Source: Methanobacteriota archaeon (GTDB lineage Archaea; Halobacteriota; Methanomicrobia; Methanomicrobiales; Methanoculleaceae). Taken from it: a DNA stretch of 64,000 nt. The stretch covers positions 1,925 to 65,924 of the forward strand of contig JASUSO010000002.1 in assembly GCA_030446015.1 (NCBI GenBank). The letters run 5' to 3'. Both the position numbers and the translations under genes were made by a program. Below, one piece after another: positions 18,401-29,159 of the stretch. Below the pieces are notes generated by a model, which worked only from the letters and a program-made list of their open reading frames with translations, made no database searches and was not told the DNA's origin. Position 1 is the stretch's first letter, and every line of letters begins with the position of its first letter.

Positions 18401-18698
18401 GGAACGACTGCCCGCAGGATCTGACGACCCACCGGGTCGGGCTTGAGAAACTCAAAGGGCTGCGGGCAGGTGTTCGAGAAGCCCAGAGGGTTTCGCTGTA
18501 TGGGGCTGACGGAGAGGGCGACGGTTCGAAGAGCGACCGGCCGAAGGTGCGAAGAGCCGGAGCTCGACCACCGTCAAGTCATTAGGCTTCGAGTGCGAGC
18601 GAAGCGAGCTTGAGCACCGTTAGGTGCGAGGTGCGATGTTCCATCAGGAACGGAGCACGAGAAGCCGTTAGGCTTCGAGGGGGAGCATCCCCCTCCCC
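18401..18698 (+). repeat. Hairpin-rich dispersed repeat, copy A (longest)
   Basis: Shares sequence blocks with 31265-31442 (reverse complement) and 25016-25168 (reverse complement). Several perfect stems, e.g. GCACC-GTTA-GGTGC, GAAGCC-GTTA-GGCTTC and GAGGGGGA-GCA-TCCCCCTC. Confidence 0.75.
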
Positions 18699-18721
18699 TC
18701 TCTCCAACCCATAACTGTGAG

Positions 18722-20264
<1,543 letters not shown>

Positions 20265-20309
20265 GCCCCGGCCTCCCGGCTCACCCATGAAGTGTTCTCA
20301 CCATTCATC

Positions 20310-20326
20310 GGAAGGAAATTTCCTTC
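20310..20326 (-). promoter_or_regulatory. NrpR-type nitrogen operator just downstream of the amt TATA box
   Basis: GGAA-GGAAAT-TTCC at 20310-20323 within the perfect palindrome GAAGGAAATTTCCTTC (20311-20326). AT-rich TATA segment at 20327-20340. Confidence 0.75.
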
Positions 20327-20409
20327 TTATAAATATAAAATTTTCTATTTGTGTGCGTGACGGAAGGACTGATGCGTCTGGAAGATACAGATCATATCTG
20401 CGTGATGCG

Positions 20410-20967
20410 ATGAGCACGATCCGGAGCCCCGAGGGCGTCCGCGAGATTTGCGCCCGTCTGCGGTCGGCAAAGACCCGGAGGGAACTCGCAAAACTACTCT
20501 ACCGTGAGGTATCCGGCTACTCGCTTTTCGACCTCCAGGAGATGCGGGCGAGGGTGGAGCGCGACCTCCGGTCCGTCCCCGCCGGATACCGGCGGCGCCT
20601 CTACCCGAGCGTGATGGAGCAGATCTTTACGACGCACCATACTCTCATCTCCACCGCCCGCCGGGGGGACCTGGAAGGCGGGGATCAGTCGCTCCCGGAA
20701 GAATATCGGGACTTCTGCGACATGGTCGAGAAGATGTGCCTCGCCGGAGACGAAAAGGAGCGGCACCTCGAACTCCTCTACTTCCTTCTTGCCGCCTTCA
20801 ACATCTTCGTCCTCGACCGCCCCGCCCACCCGGTGGGAACGCCGTTCCCCGGCGGGTTCGAGGTCGAGGCCAGGAACGGGGAATACCTCTGCCCGGTCAG
20901 GGAGAAGGCCGACGACGTCGAAAACGCCCTCTGCCCCTACTGTCCGGCAAAGCAGAGCGACGGATGA
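20410..20967 (+). CDS. UPF0305/DUF2115 family protein
   Basis: HPVGTPFPGGFEV...YLCPVREKA...ALCPYCPAKQ motif. Confidence 0.8.
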   Translation: MSTIRSPEGVREICARLRSAKTRRELAKLLYREVSGYSLFDLQEMRARVERDLRSVPAGYRRRLYPSVMEQIFTTHHTLISTARRGDLEGGDQSLPEEYRDFCDMVEKMCLAGDEKERHLELLYFLLAAFNIFVLDRPAHPVGTPFPGGFEVEARNGEYLCPVREKADDVENALCPYCPAKQSDG

Positions 20968-20999
20968 AGAAAAGGGGATAAAAAAAGAGATCTGCGACC

Positions 21000-21530
21000 C
21001 TACTCTTCTTCCTCGTAGCGCTCGAAGAACACGACTTCGTCGAGGATCTTCTTTTGCGCGATCTTGATCTCCTCAGGGTATCCTGCAGGGATGAGCGATA
21101 CGAGCGTATACTCCTCCGGGACGTTGAGGAGTTTCCGGACATCCTCGGCGTAATCCTTCTTCTCCCCCGCAACCCAGCAGGTCCCGACACCCCACGACTG
21201 GAGCGCGAGGATGAGTTGCATCGTCGCCGCACAGCAGTCTTCGAGGTAGTACTTCGCATCCCGCCTCCCGAAGACGGCGAAACAGATGGGGGCGTCGGCG
21301 ATGAACCTGCCGTTCTCGGTGAGATCGGCAATCGCACGCAGCGTATCGCGGTTCTGAACCGCCCCGAAGAGCCAGGGCTGCTCGTTTCGCGCGGTCGGGG
21401 CAAGCCGTGCGCAGTCGAGGGCGTCCTTGATGATCTTGTCCTCGATAGGAGTGTCCTTGTACTTCCGCACGCTGTGCCTGCTCCGTATCACGGTGACACC
21501 AAGATTAACCGTTCCACCAATCGGACTCAT
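21000..21530 (-). CDS. Nitroreductase family protein
   Basis: RHSVRKY, APTARNEQPW and SWGVGTCW motifs. Confidence 0.88.
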   Translation of the reverse strand: MSPIGGTVNLGVTVIRSRHSVRKYKDTPIEDKIIKDALDCARLAPTARNEQPWLFGAVQNRDTLRAIADLTENGRFIADAPICFAVFGRRDAKYYLEDCCAATMQLILALQSWGVGTCWVAGEKKDYAEDVRKLLNVPEEYTLVSLIPAGYPEEIKIAQKKILDEVVFFERYEEEE

Positions 21531-21606
21531 GCAACGATGGTGGGCACTCCAGGCCTAAATACCTTGGGGAAACAAAGGAGGGGAGGGATCCGGCAGAAAG
21601 GCCGGC

Positions 21607-22803
21607 CTAGAAGAGGCCCTGTAGCATCTCCACCATGTTCGAGAAACCTTCAGAGATGACCACGGCCGGGTCGATCCCGAGGATCGGGAAGATGAAGACG
21701 AAGTAGGCGACGGTCCCGAGCGTGCTCCCGACGTTCGCGAGAGCTGCAACCAGCACCACCCGAAAGAGCGGGATCCGCCGCATCTCCGCGAAGGTCTCCG
21801 CCTCGATGATCTGCCGGAACTCGCCGACGGCGGGCTTCCTGATCTTCGCCTCGACGATGGCGGCAAACCATCCCGCCGCAAGCAGCGGGTTGAGCGACGT
21901 CAGCCAGGAGACCGCAAACGCCGTGGCCGCAGAGAGCGGGTGTCCGCCGGCTGCAAGCGTGAATACGGCGCTCAGGACGCCGTTGATCACGACCCAGTAG
22001 ATGAGAGCGGTCAGCAGGACGTCGAGCCCTACCCCCGAGAAGGCTATCGCGGCGATCAGGAGGAGGAAGAGGACGGTGACGGCCGCCCCGATGATCTTCG
22101 CCCACGGCAACGTCTTCACCCCGGCGGTCAGGGATGAGAGCGGCGGCAGCGTCTCCGGCGCGTCCAGGTACCGCTGCACCCCCCGGATGTGTCCGGCGCC
22201 AACGACGGCGAGCACCCGCTCGTACCGGCCGGTGAGCATCAGGATCTGGTGGGCCAGGTAGGCGTCCCGTTCATCGATCAGGGCCTGGGCGCCCCGCGGG
22301 GAGAACTTGCGGAACTCCTCCATCGCGGCGCTCACGACGTCCTGATCGATGAGTTCGTCAACATCGATCTTCTGCCCCTCAACACTCACCAGCGAGTAGA
22401 TCAGGGCTCCGATGAGTTTGATCTTCTCCCAGATGCCCATCTTACCCCAGAACCGGGAGAGCGTGATCCGGATGTCGCGGTCGATGAGCGCCACGGGCTT
22501 CTGGTGCGCCTCGGCCTCCTCGATGGCGGCAAGCATCTCGGAACCGGGTTTCACGCCGGTCTCCGCCCCGATCCGCTGCTGGATGTAGGTGAGCACCCAC
22601 TGAACGAGGAGCTGGCCAAAGTTCCCGCCCTTCAGGATCTCCGCCACCGTGGGTTCGGGCACCTCCTTTGTGAGCGAGATGAACCGCCCCTGGTCGAGTT
22701 CGACGCCGACGATATCGGGCTGGAACTCCTCGATGACGGACCGAACCTCCTCGACGCTCTTCTGCGAGACGTGCGCCGTCCCGACAAGGCGGATCTCAGC
22801 CAT
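21607..22803 (-). CDS. TraB/PrgY (GumN-like) family membrane protein
   Basis: LVGTAHVS, VELDQGR, LIDRDI, LIDERD and VVGAGH motifs, followed by C-terminal TM helices. Confidence 0.88.
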   Translation of the reverse strand: MAEIRLVGTAHVSQKSVEEVRSVIEEFQPDIVGVELDQGRFISLTKEVPEPTVAEILKGGNFGQLLVQWVLTYIQQRIGAETGVKPGSEMLAAIEEAEAHQKPVALIDRDIRITLSRFWGKMGIWEKIKLIGALIYSLVSVEGQKIDVDELIDQDVVSAAMEEFRKFSPRGAQALIDERDAYLAHQILMLTGRYERVLAVVGAGHIRGVQRYLDAPETLPPLSSLTAGVKTLPWAKIIGAAVTVLFLLLIAAIAFSGVGLDVLLTALIYWVVINGVLSAVFTLAAGGHPLSAATAFAVSWLTSLNPLLAAGWFAAIVEAKIRKPAVGEFRQIIEAETFAEMRRIPLFRVVLVAALANVGSTLGTVAYFVFIFPILGIDPAVVISEGFSNMVEMLQGLF

Positions 22804-23338
22804 CGAGCACCTTCACGCCTTCGCTGTCGATCACGGCGCGTTTCCCCGCCGGCACCGCCGCTTCACGGAAGACGGCACGGATACCGGCCTCCTCCATCGT
22901 CTCGGCGGCCTGCCGCCTGCAGAGGTCGGCCGCAACATCACGCGCATCGCGGGGAGAGAGCGGCGCACCGACGCCGGGACATTCCGATACCGCGAGGTCG
23001 TCGTCCACCAGCATGAACGGATAGGTGCGGCAGATCCAGGGGCGGTGAGCGTAGATCGAGCAACGCCCGTCCCGGAGGAAGATGCAGGCATCGGCCGTCC
23101 GCTTAAGGCACCACGCAAGGGTGTACTCGGTGCCGTTCCCGGCATCGATGAAGTCGGGATAGGGCTCGGCAACCTCGGCCCAGGCCATACCGGTCGCCGC
23201 CATGACTGCCCGGATCTCGGCGGGGCTCACCAGCACGAGGTTCGAGTCCTCCGCGACCCGCCGACAGCAGGCGCCGCACTCCCTGCAACGAAATCCAATC
23301 GACCCGAGTTGAGCCGCAACGTCATCTACTCCGAGCAT
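22796..23338 (-). CDS. YkgJ-family cysteine-cluster (Fe-S/Zn) protein
   Basis: CRECGACCR...CIFL...CSIYAHRPWICRTYPF...CPG motif. Confidence 0.85.
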   Translation of the reverse strand: MLGVDDVAAQLGSIGFRCRECGACCRRVAEDSNLVLVSPAEIRAVMAATGMAWAEVAEPYPDFIDAGNGTEYTLAWCLKRTADACIFLRDGRCSIYAHRPWICRTYPFMLVDDDLAVSECPGVGAPLSPRDARDVAADLCRRQAAETMEEAGIRAVFREAAVPAGKRAVIDSEGVKVLDG

Positions 23339-23880
23339 ATCCTGTCAAAATTCTCAAAGAGAAGCCGCCCGTTGACGGTATGGCTGACCTCCGGGTGCCA
23401 CTGGATGCCGTAGAGGCGCTCATTGGGAGACGCCATCGCCTCCACGCCGCAGATCGATGATTTTGCAAGCCGGACAAACCCTTCCGGCACAACCGAGACC
23501 TCATCCGCGTGCGACGCCCATACCTGCATCCGGTCGGGGTAGCCCTGGAGGAGGGGATTCTGTTCGAGGATCTCGACCTCGACCGCACCGAACCCGCCGC
23601 TCGCACCCCGGCGGATCGCGCCCCCGCGGGCCGTCGCCATGATGTGCAGCCCAAGGCAGATGCCGAGGACGGGAAGACCGAGATCGAGGTATGCCGGAGC
23701 GACGCCGGTGCGCTCAAGGGTCGGGCCGCCGCCGAGGATAATACCCCGGCAGCCCCGGGCAACCTCGGCCGGCGGCGTCTCGTTTGAGATCATCGTAGCC
23801 TCGACATCCATGTCGCGGAGCGTCCGAAGGATCAGGTGGTTGAACTGTCCATGATTATTGACCACATAGAGTGGAAGCAT
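23326..23880 (-). CDS. guaAA: GMP synthase glutamine amidotransferase subunit A
   Basis: PVLGICLG, ASHADEV and QWHPEV (Cys-His-Glu triad). Confidence 0.9.
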   Translation of the reverse strand: MLPLYVVNNHGQFNHLILRTLRDMDVEATMISNETPPAEVARGCRGIILGGGPTLERTGVAPAYLDLGLPVLGICLGLHIMATARGGAIRRGASGGFGAVEVEILEQNPLLQGYPDRMQVWASHADEVSVVPEGFVRLAKSSICGVEAMASPNERLYGIQWHPEVSHTVNGRLLFENFDRICSE

Positions 23881-23918
23881 TGCTTATAGATAGATGTAAA
23901 AAGGTAATAGTCCTTCCC

Positions 23919-24935
23919 TCAAGCATACTTCCCGACGAAATCGAAGACTTTTCGGGAGATCTCCTCGGGCTCATGACCCATGAGGTAGGCGAGCGTCAGA
24001 GCCCCGCCGGCCCCCATCCCCTCCTTGACCTCGCCGATGCAGTAGCGTGCAAGCCCGACGTGACCGATCTCGGCGAAGTTCGGGTCGACGTAGTATGCGG
24101 CGGTGCCGACGTCGGCGACCGACCTGGCAAACCCGGCGGAGGGATCGTCCCTGACGTAGACCGTCGTCGCGAGGCGCGGCACCCGTTTTCCGAGCGCTTT
24201 CAGGACGGCCGCGACGGAGAGCATCTGGGTCCCCCCGGCGAACATGACCTCGCCGGCGTAGGCGCTCGCGATCCCTGCAGCGACCGGCATCATGGGGTCA
24301 CCCGTGGCGCGGAGGATCTCGAGGGGCTCTCGTGCGCCCGTCGCCTCGATCCGGGCGAGCGCTTCCCGGCAGACGGCATCTTTCAGCCCGATAGGGTTCT
24401 CTATAAACGCGCTGCTGACCGAGGCGTCGTAGCCGAGCGCACGCAGAACGCAGAGGGCGGTGGTCGTCCCGCCGGGGACGCACTCCCCGAGCATCAAAAA
24501 GTCGCTGTACTGTGAGAGCAGCCTCCCGACCGCTTCGCCCCGCTCGAAGAGGGCTGCCGCCTGCGGCACTGCATCCTCCTTCCTCGGGTCGCCGCCGGGG
24601 CTTCCGTAGACGTCGATGCAGGGGACGGTGGGGGTGTTGGCGAGCCCCGCGTTGATGATGACGGGGCACAGGCCGGTCAGTTCCACCATCGACCGGGTGA
24701 TGGTCGCGGGCGTCGGACAGCCGGTGGGGGTGTTCGGCCGGGCCGCGACACTCGTGATCGCGCCGGTCGTGACGAGCTCCGCGTCCAGGTTCGGGGTGAG
24801 CAGGGTCTTTTCGGGGGAAGGCCCGGCTCCGGATATGCCGGGGACGGTGGAGAGCATGGTGTTACCAAGGACGAGCGCCAGCATCGGGCGGCGGGGCCGG
24901 ATCCCGGGATCATCTGAGAGGAACGGATTGGACAT
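23919..24935 (-). CDS. cobT: Archaeal nicotinate-mononucleotide:base phosphoribosyltransferase (CobT-like)
   Basis: PTPATIT, GECVPGGTTTA, AGGTQM and VKEGMGAGG motifs; adjacent to cobZ-cobS. Confidence 0.85.
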   Translation of the reverse strand: MSNPFLSDDPGIRPRRPMLALVLGNTMLSTVPGISGAGPSPEKTLLTPNLDAELVTTGAITSVAARPNTPTGCPTPATITRSMVELTGLCPVIINAGLANTPTVPCIDVYGSPGGDPRKEDAVPQAAALFERGEAVGRLLSQYSDFLMLGECVPGGTTTALCVLRALGYDASVSSAFIENPIGLKDAVCREALARIEATGAREPLEILRATGDPMMPVAAGIASAYAGEVMFAGGTQMLSVAAVLKALGKRVPRLATTVYVRDDPSAGFARSVADVGTAAYYVDPNFAEIGHVGLARYCIGEVKEGMGAGGALTLAYLMGHEPEEISRKVFDFVGKYA

Positions 24936-25015
24936 TGTATACAGGATAGGCGCCGCGGGATAGAAGAGGTTGCTGTCGGGGCGTACGGGGGGGGGTGCGG
25001 CGGTCGAACGTGGGC

Positions 25016-25168
25016 GGGGAGGGGGAGCTCCTCCGGCCCGTCGTCACTCGCACCTGCGGTGCTCAAACTCCGCCTGCTCCTGCTGCTCGCGATGCTCGCA
25101 CCAGTCGCAACTCGAAAACGCTTCGCGTTTTCTCGAGCTCCGGCCGCTCGCACCTGACGGTGCGAGCG
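25016..25168 (-). repeat. Hairpin-rich dispersed repeat, copy C (short)
   Basis: CTCGCACCTGCGGTGCTCAA (25047-25066), CGCTCGCACC-TGAC-GGTGCGAGCG (25145-25168) and GGGGAGGGGGAGCTCCTCC (25016-25034) match blocks of copy A in reverse complement. Confidence 0.7.
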
Positions 25169-25220
25169 CCCATCGCTAACACAAACCCAAAAATACCTCC
25201 AAAAACCAACCACTTCAATA

Positions 25221-25664
25221 ATGTTCGAGATTGAGCGCAGGCTGGAAGAGAAGGGCATCGTAAGGAGAGATATCGTCGCCGCCGCGATGGAACTCTACGT
25301 CCCCCATGGGATAGGGGCGGATGAGGCCGCGCGCAGGCTTGATGCAAAGATCGGGAAGGCGCTCGAAGACCCGAACATCTCCTCGCTCCTCCTCGGCGCC
25401 CTCCTGCTCGAGGACGAACTCTACGTGAAGCGAAAAGACTCCGAGATCGCCGACGACCCGGTCTTCCTCCTCTCCGACGAGATCATAGGGATGGCCATCG
25501 CCGAGGTGATCGGCGGAACCTACGCACGGTTCGAGTTCACTCGCTACGACCAGAAGAAGCCGGGGATCCTGGCCAAACTCGGGCCGTTCCTCGACGACGC
25601 CGTCGCCGGGCTGATCGCCGGCTGCACGTCGCGCCTCTACAGCGAGTCGATGGGATCTCTGTGA
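25221..25664 (+). CDS. cobZ: Alpha-ribazole phosphatase CobZ (PgpA-like)
   Basis: DPVFLLSDEIIG...RYDQKKPGIL..LGPFLDD motif; directly upstream of cobS. Confidence 0.82.
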   Translation: MFEIERRLEEKGIVRRDIVAAAMELYVPHGIGADEAARRLDAKIGKALEDPNISSLLLGALLLEDELYVKRKDSEIADDPVFLLSDEIIGMAIAEVIGGTYARFEFTRYDQKKPGILAKLGPFLDDAVAGLIAGCTSRLYSESMGSL

Positions 25665-26371
25665 AGTCCGTCCTCGCCCTCCTGCAGTTCTGCACCTCGC
25701 TCCCGCTCGGGAAGCCGGCCGAGTTCGAGCACTTCGCCCGCCGCTCCTACCTCTACCCGCTCGCGGGCTATGTCATCGGCGGGATTGCGGCCGGTATCAC
25801 CTACTGGATGGCGTCCCCGGTGGTCGGCGCGGCCGTCGCCGTCGCCGTGGTGCTCCTCCTCTCCGGGTGCAACCACTTCGACGGGCTGCTGGACTTCGGC
25901 GACGGGCTCATGGCCCACGGGAGCCGGGAGAAGCGTGTCGCGGCCATGACCGACCGGACCACCGGGGCCGGCGCCGTTGCGGCAGGCATCATCGTCACGC
26001 TCCTCGCATTTGCCGGACTCCAGACCGCCGCGAACCTCCCGGCGACGATCCTCATCGCCGAGGTCTCGGCGAAGGTCGCGATGTCCTGGCTCACCACGCT
26101 TGGTGCGCCCTTCCGGGAAGGGATCCACTCCTACCTTCACGGGTTTGCGAAACCCTGGTTCATCGTCCCGGCCCTCCTGCTCGCGCTGCCGCTCTTCGTG
26201 CTGCCGGTGCCGAAGATGCATATCGCGCTCGCCCTCGCAGCCACGGCCGTCATCGCCGCACTGATGCTCGCCCTCTCCCGGCACCTCTTCGGCGGCGTCA
26301 ACGGCGACGTCGTCGGTGCCGCAAACGAGATCGTCCGGGCTGGGATCATCCTCCTCCTCGCCCTCCTGTAA
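25661..26371 (+). CDS. cobS: Adenosylcobinamide-GDP ribazoletransferase
   Basis: NHFDGLLDFGDG and FGGVNGDVVGA motifs; multi-TM. Confidence 0.9.
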   Translation: MKSVLALLQFCTSLPLGKPAEFEHFARRSYLYPLAGYVIGGIAAGITYWMASPVVGAAVAVAVVLLLSGCNHFDGLLDFGDGLMAHGSREKRVAAMTDRTTGAGAVAAGIIVTLLAFAGLQTAANLPATILIAEVSAKVAMSWLTTLGAPFREGIHSYLHGFAKPWFIVPALLLALPLFVLPVPKMHIALALAATAVIAALMLALSRHLFGGVNGDVVGAANEIVRAGIILLLALL

Positions 26372-26408
26372 TCACCTTTTTTATCCCGGCGCCCGCTATT
26401 ACTGTTGA

Positions 26409-27290
26409 ATGATGCAGAACCACAACCTCCACTCCCGGGGAGGGATCATCACCGAGCGGAACGCGGATTACGCGACGGTGCGGCTGCGAATCCCGGCAGG
26501 AGTTCTCTCCGCAGAACAGGTCAAGCAACTCGCAAAGATCAGTGAGAAGTACGGCGACGGCTCGATCCACCTCACCATGCGCCAGACGGTGGAGATCCCG
26601 CATGTGAGCCCCGATAACTTCGACAAACTCGCGAAAGCCCTCGAGAAGAACGGGACGCCCATCGGGGCGGAGAAGAACGAAGTCGTCAACATCATGGCCT
26701 GTCCGGGCACGGAACGGTGCAAGTACGCCAACTGCGAGACGATCGACCTTGCACGGAAGATCGACGCGCGGGTCTTCGGGAAGGAACTCCCGATACGGCT
26801 CCGCATCGCCATATCCAGCTGCACCTACATGTGCAACAGCCCGCTCTTAAACGACATCGGGATCATCGGCAGGATCCGGCCGCTGCGGGTTCCGGGCCTC
26901 TGCACCGGGTGCGGCACCTGCGCAGAATACTGCAAGCAGTGCGCCATAAAACTGAAGAACGGCGTATCGGTTCTCGACGAGAGCAAATGCGTCCAGTGCG
27001 GCATCTGCATCCACTCCTGCCCCTACCACCTCCTGAAGTCCGAGTACGCCCACTACCAGATCACGGTCGGGGGCCGGCGCGGAGCCTCTCCCGCCCCGGG
27101 GAGAGAACTCGTCACCGTCGAGACCGAAGAGGAGGTCGTCGAGGTCGTTGATCGCATCGTCTACTGGGTCTACCGGACCGCATGGAGCGGCCGGCTCCTC
27201 GCCGACCAGATGGACGAGATCGGATACGAGAGTTTTGCAGAAGGGATCCGGAAAGAGTTCGGGCCGACCGCCCCGGAAGCGGAGAAGTAG
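26409..27290 (+). CDS. Nitrite/sulfite reductase-like protein with a 2x[4Fe-4S] ferredoxin insert
   Basis: RLRIPAG, C-x5-C (CPGTERC) and C-x3-C (CTYMC) siroheme-type ligands, plus two CxxCxxCxxxC motifs. Confidence 0.85.
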   Translation: MMQNHNLHSRGGIITERNADYATVRLRIPAGVLSAEQVKQLAKISEKYGDGSIHLTMRQTVEIPHVSPDNFDKLAKALEKNGTPIGAEKNEVVNIMACPGTERCKYANCETIDLARKIDARVFGKELPIRLRIAISSCTYMCNSPLLNDIGIIGRIRPLRVPGLCTGCGTCAEYCKQCAIKLKNGVSVLDESKCVQCGICIHSCPYHLLKSEYAHYQITVGGRRGASPAPGRELVTVETEEEVVEVVDRIVYWVYRTAWSGRLLADQMDEIGYESFAEGIRKEFGPTAPEAEK

Positions 27291-27370
27291 AAGGTAGTCC
27301 GGGTAGTCAGGGATGCCGGAGGCGGCCCAAGACCGATGGCCGCCCCCGGTGAAGATCTGGTTCCGGGCGT

Positions 27371-27673
27371 TTAGCGGCCGTACATCGATCTGAACCCTTC
27401 ACCCGCATCGTCCTCGCACTCGATAGCGGTGCCGTCCCGGACAAGGGAGTTGAACATCATGGCTGCGTTGAGCAGGTTCTCATCAGGACTGCCGCTCAGC
27501 CGGACACCTGAGAGAGCCTGACGCTGCGGTGTCGGGATCGTCCTCTTGCCCACCCGGACACCGGCACAGTGCCTGCAGTAGCCACAGTACGAGTGGACCG
27601 AGACCTCGCGACCTGCGCATGCTACCTTCACCCGGTCGCTTGCACCGTCACGGTGAAACTCAAGTATCTTCAT
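27371..27673 (-). CDS. Small Cys-rich hypothetical protein
   Basis: 100 aa with CGYCRHC plus two further Cys; fills the gap between the reductase and tuf. Confidence 0.65.
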   Translation of the reverse strand: MKILEFHRDGASDRVKVACAGREVSVHSYCGYCRHCAGVRVGKRTIPTPQRQALSGVRLSGSPDENLLNAAMMFNSLVRDGTAIECEDDAGEGFRSMYGR

Positions 27674-27756
27674 GGTACGAAGAACGTAGATTTCCCGAGA
27701 ATAAGATTCTGTCGATTGGCGGGGTTTTTAGGAAAATGCGCGGTTCTGGCGCGCAT

Positions 27757-27772
27757 GGAAATGCTTTATATG
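27757..27772 (+). promoter_or_regulatory. BRE/TATA promoter for tuf-rps10
   Basis: GGAAATGC-TTTATATG about 80 nt upstream of the tuf ATG. Confidence 0.55.
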
Positions 27773-27851
27773 TAAGACGTCATATGTATAAGATACTCGC
27801 ATAAGCAGGCTGTTCGAGCTGACAGGCCTATTTGAGTGGAGGATACAAACT

Positions 27852-29129
27852 ATGGCAACTGAGAAGCCCCACATGAATTTAGCAGTTATCGGACACATCG
27901 ACCACGGGAAGTCTACTACCGTCGGTCGGTTGCTCTTTGAGACTGGTGCCGTCCCGCCCCACATCATCGAGTCGTTCAGGAAAGAGGCCGAATCCAAGGG
28001 TAAGGGCTCGTTCGAGTTCGCCTGGGTCATGGACAGCCTCAAGGAAGAGCGTGAGCGTGGTATCACCATCGATATCGCCCACAAGCGGTTCGACACGGAC
28101 AAGTTCTACTTCACCGTCGTGGACTGCCCCGGCCACCGTGACTTCGTCAAGAACATGATCACGGGCGCATCCCAGGCCGACGCCGCACTGCTGGTCGTCG
28201 CCGCACCCGACGGCGTGATGGAGCAGACCAAGGAGCACGTCTTCCTCTCCCGCACGCTCGGCATCAACCAGCTGATCATCGGCATCAACAAGATGGACGT
28301 CGTCAAGTATGACGAGAAGCGCTACAACGAGGTCAAGGAACAGCTCTCCCAGCTGCTCAAGATGGTCGGCTACAAGCCCGATGCCATCAGCTTCATCCCG
28401 ATGAGCTCGTTTAACGGCGACAACATCGCGAAGCCCAGCGCCAACACCCCCTGGTACAAGGGCCCGACGGTGCTCGACGCACTCAACGCGCTCACCGAAC
28501 CCGAGAAGCCCACGAACCTCCCCCTGCGTCTCCCCATTCAGGACGTCTACTCCATCTCCGGTATCGGAACCGTCCCCGTCGGCCGTGTCGAGACCGGTAT
28601 CATGAAGAAGGGAATGAAGGTCAGCTTCATGCCCGCGAACAGAGAGGGTGAGGTCAAGTCCATCGAGATGCACCACGAAGAGATCCCGCAGGCACTCCCC
28701 GGCGACAACGTCGGATTCAACGTCCGCGGTATCGGCAAGGGTGACATCCGCCGTGGCGACGTCTGTGGTCCCGCCGACGTGCCGCCGACCGTTGCAGAGG
28801 AGTTCATCGCACAGGTCGTCGTGCTCCACCACCCCAGCGCTCTGACCGTCGGCTACACCCCGGTCTTCCACTGCCACACCGCTCAGATCGCGTGCTCCTT
28901 CGTCGAGCTCATGAAGAAACTCGACCCGCGCACCGGCCAGGTCAAGGAAAAGAACCCCACGTTCCTCAAGACCGGCGACGCTGCAATCGTCAAGATCAGG
29001 CCCACCCAGCCCATGGTCATCGAGAAGGTCAAGGAGATCCCGCAGCTCGGCCGGTTCGCGGTCCGTGATATGGGATCCACCATTGCGGCCGGCGTGTGCA
29101 TGGACATTACGCCCAAGCAGATGAGATAA
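27852..29129 (+). CDS. tuf: Translation elongation factor EF-1 alpha
   Basis: [25 protein letters not shown] and NKMD motifs. Confidence 0.97.
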   Translation: MATEKPHMNLAVIGHIDHGKSTTVGRLLFETGAVPPHIIESFRKEAESKGKGSFEFAWVMDSLKEERERGITIDIAHKRFDTDKFYFTVVDCPGHRDFVKNMITGASQADAALLVVAAPDGVMEQTKEHVFLSRTLGINQLIIGINKMDVVKYDEKRYNEVKEQLSQLLKMVGYKPDAISFIPMSSFNGDNIAKPSANTPWYKGPTVLDALNALTEPEKPTNLPLRLPIQDVYSISGIGTVPVGRVETGIMKKGMKVSFMPANREGEVKSIEMHHEEIPQALPGDNVGFNVRGIGKGDIRRGDVCGPADVPPTVAEEFIAQVVVLHHPSALTVGYTPVFHCHTAQIACSFVELMKKLDPRTGQVKEKNPTFLKTGDAAIVKIRPTQPMVIEKVKEIPQLGRFAVRDMGSTIAAGVCMDITPKQMR

Positions 29130-29159
29130 ATAAGGACCTATCATTTTTTGGTGGTTTAC

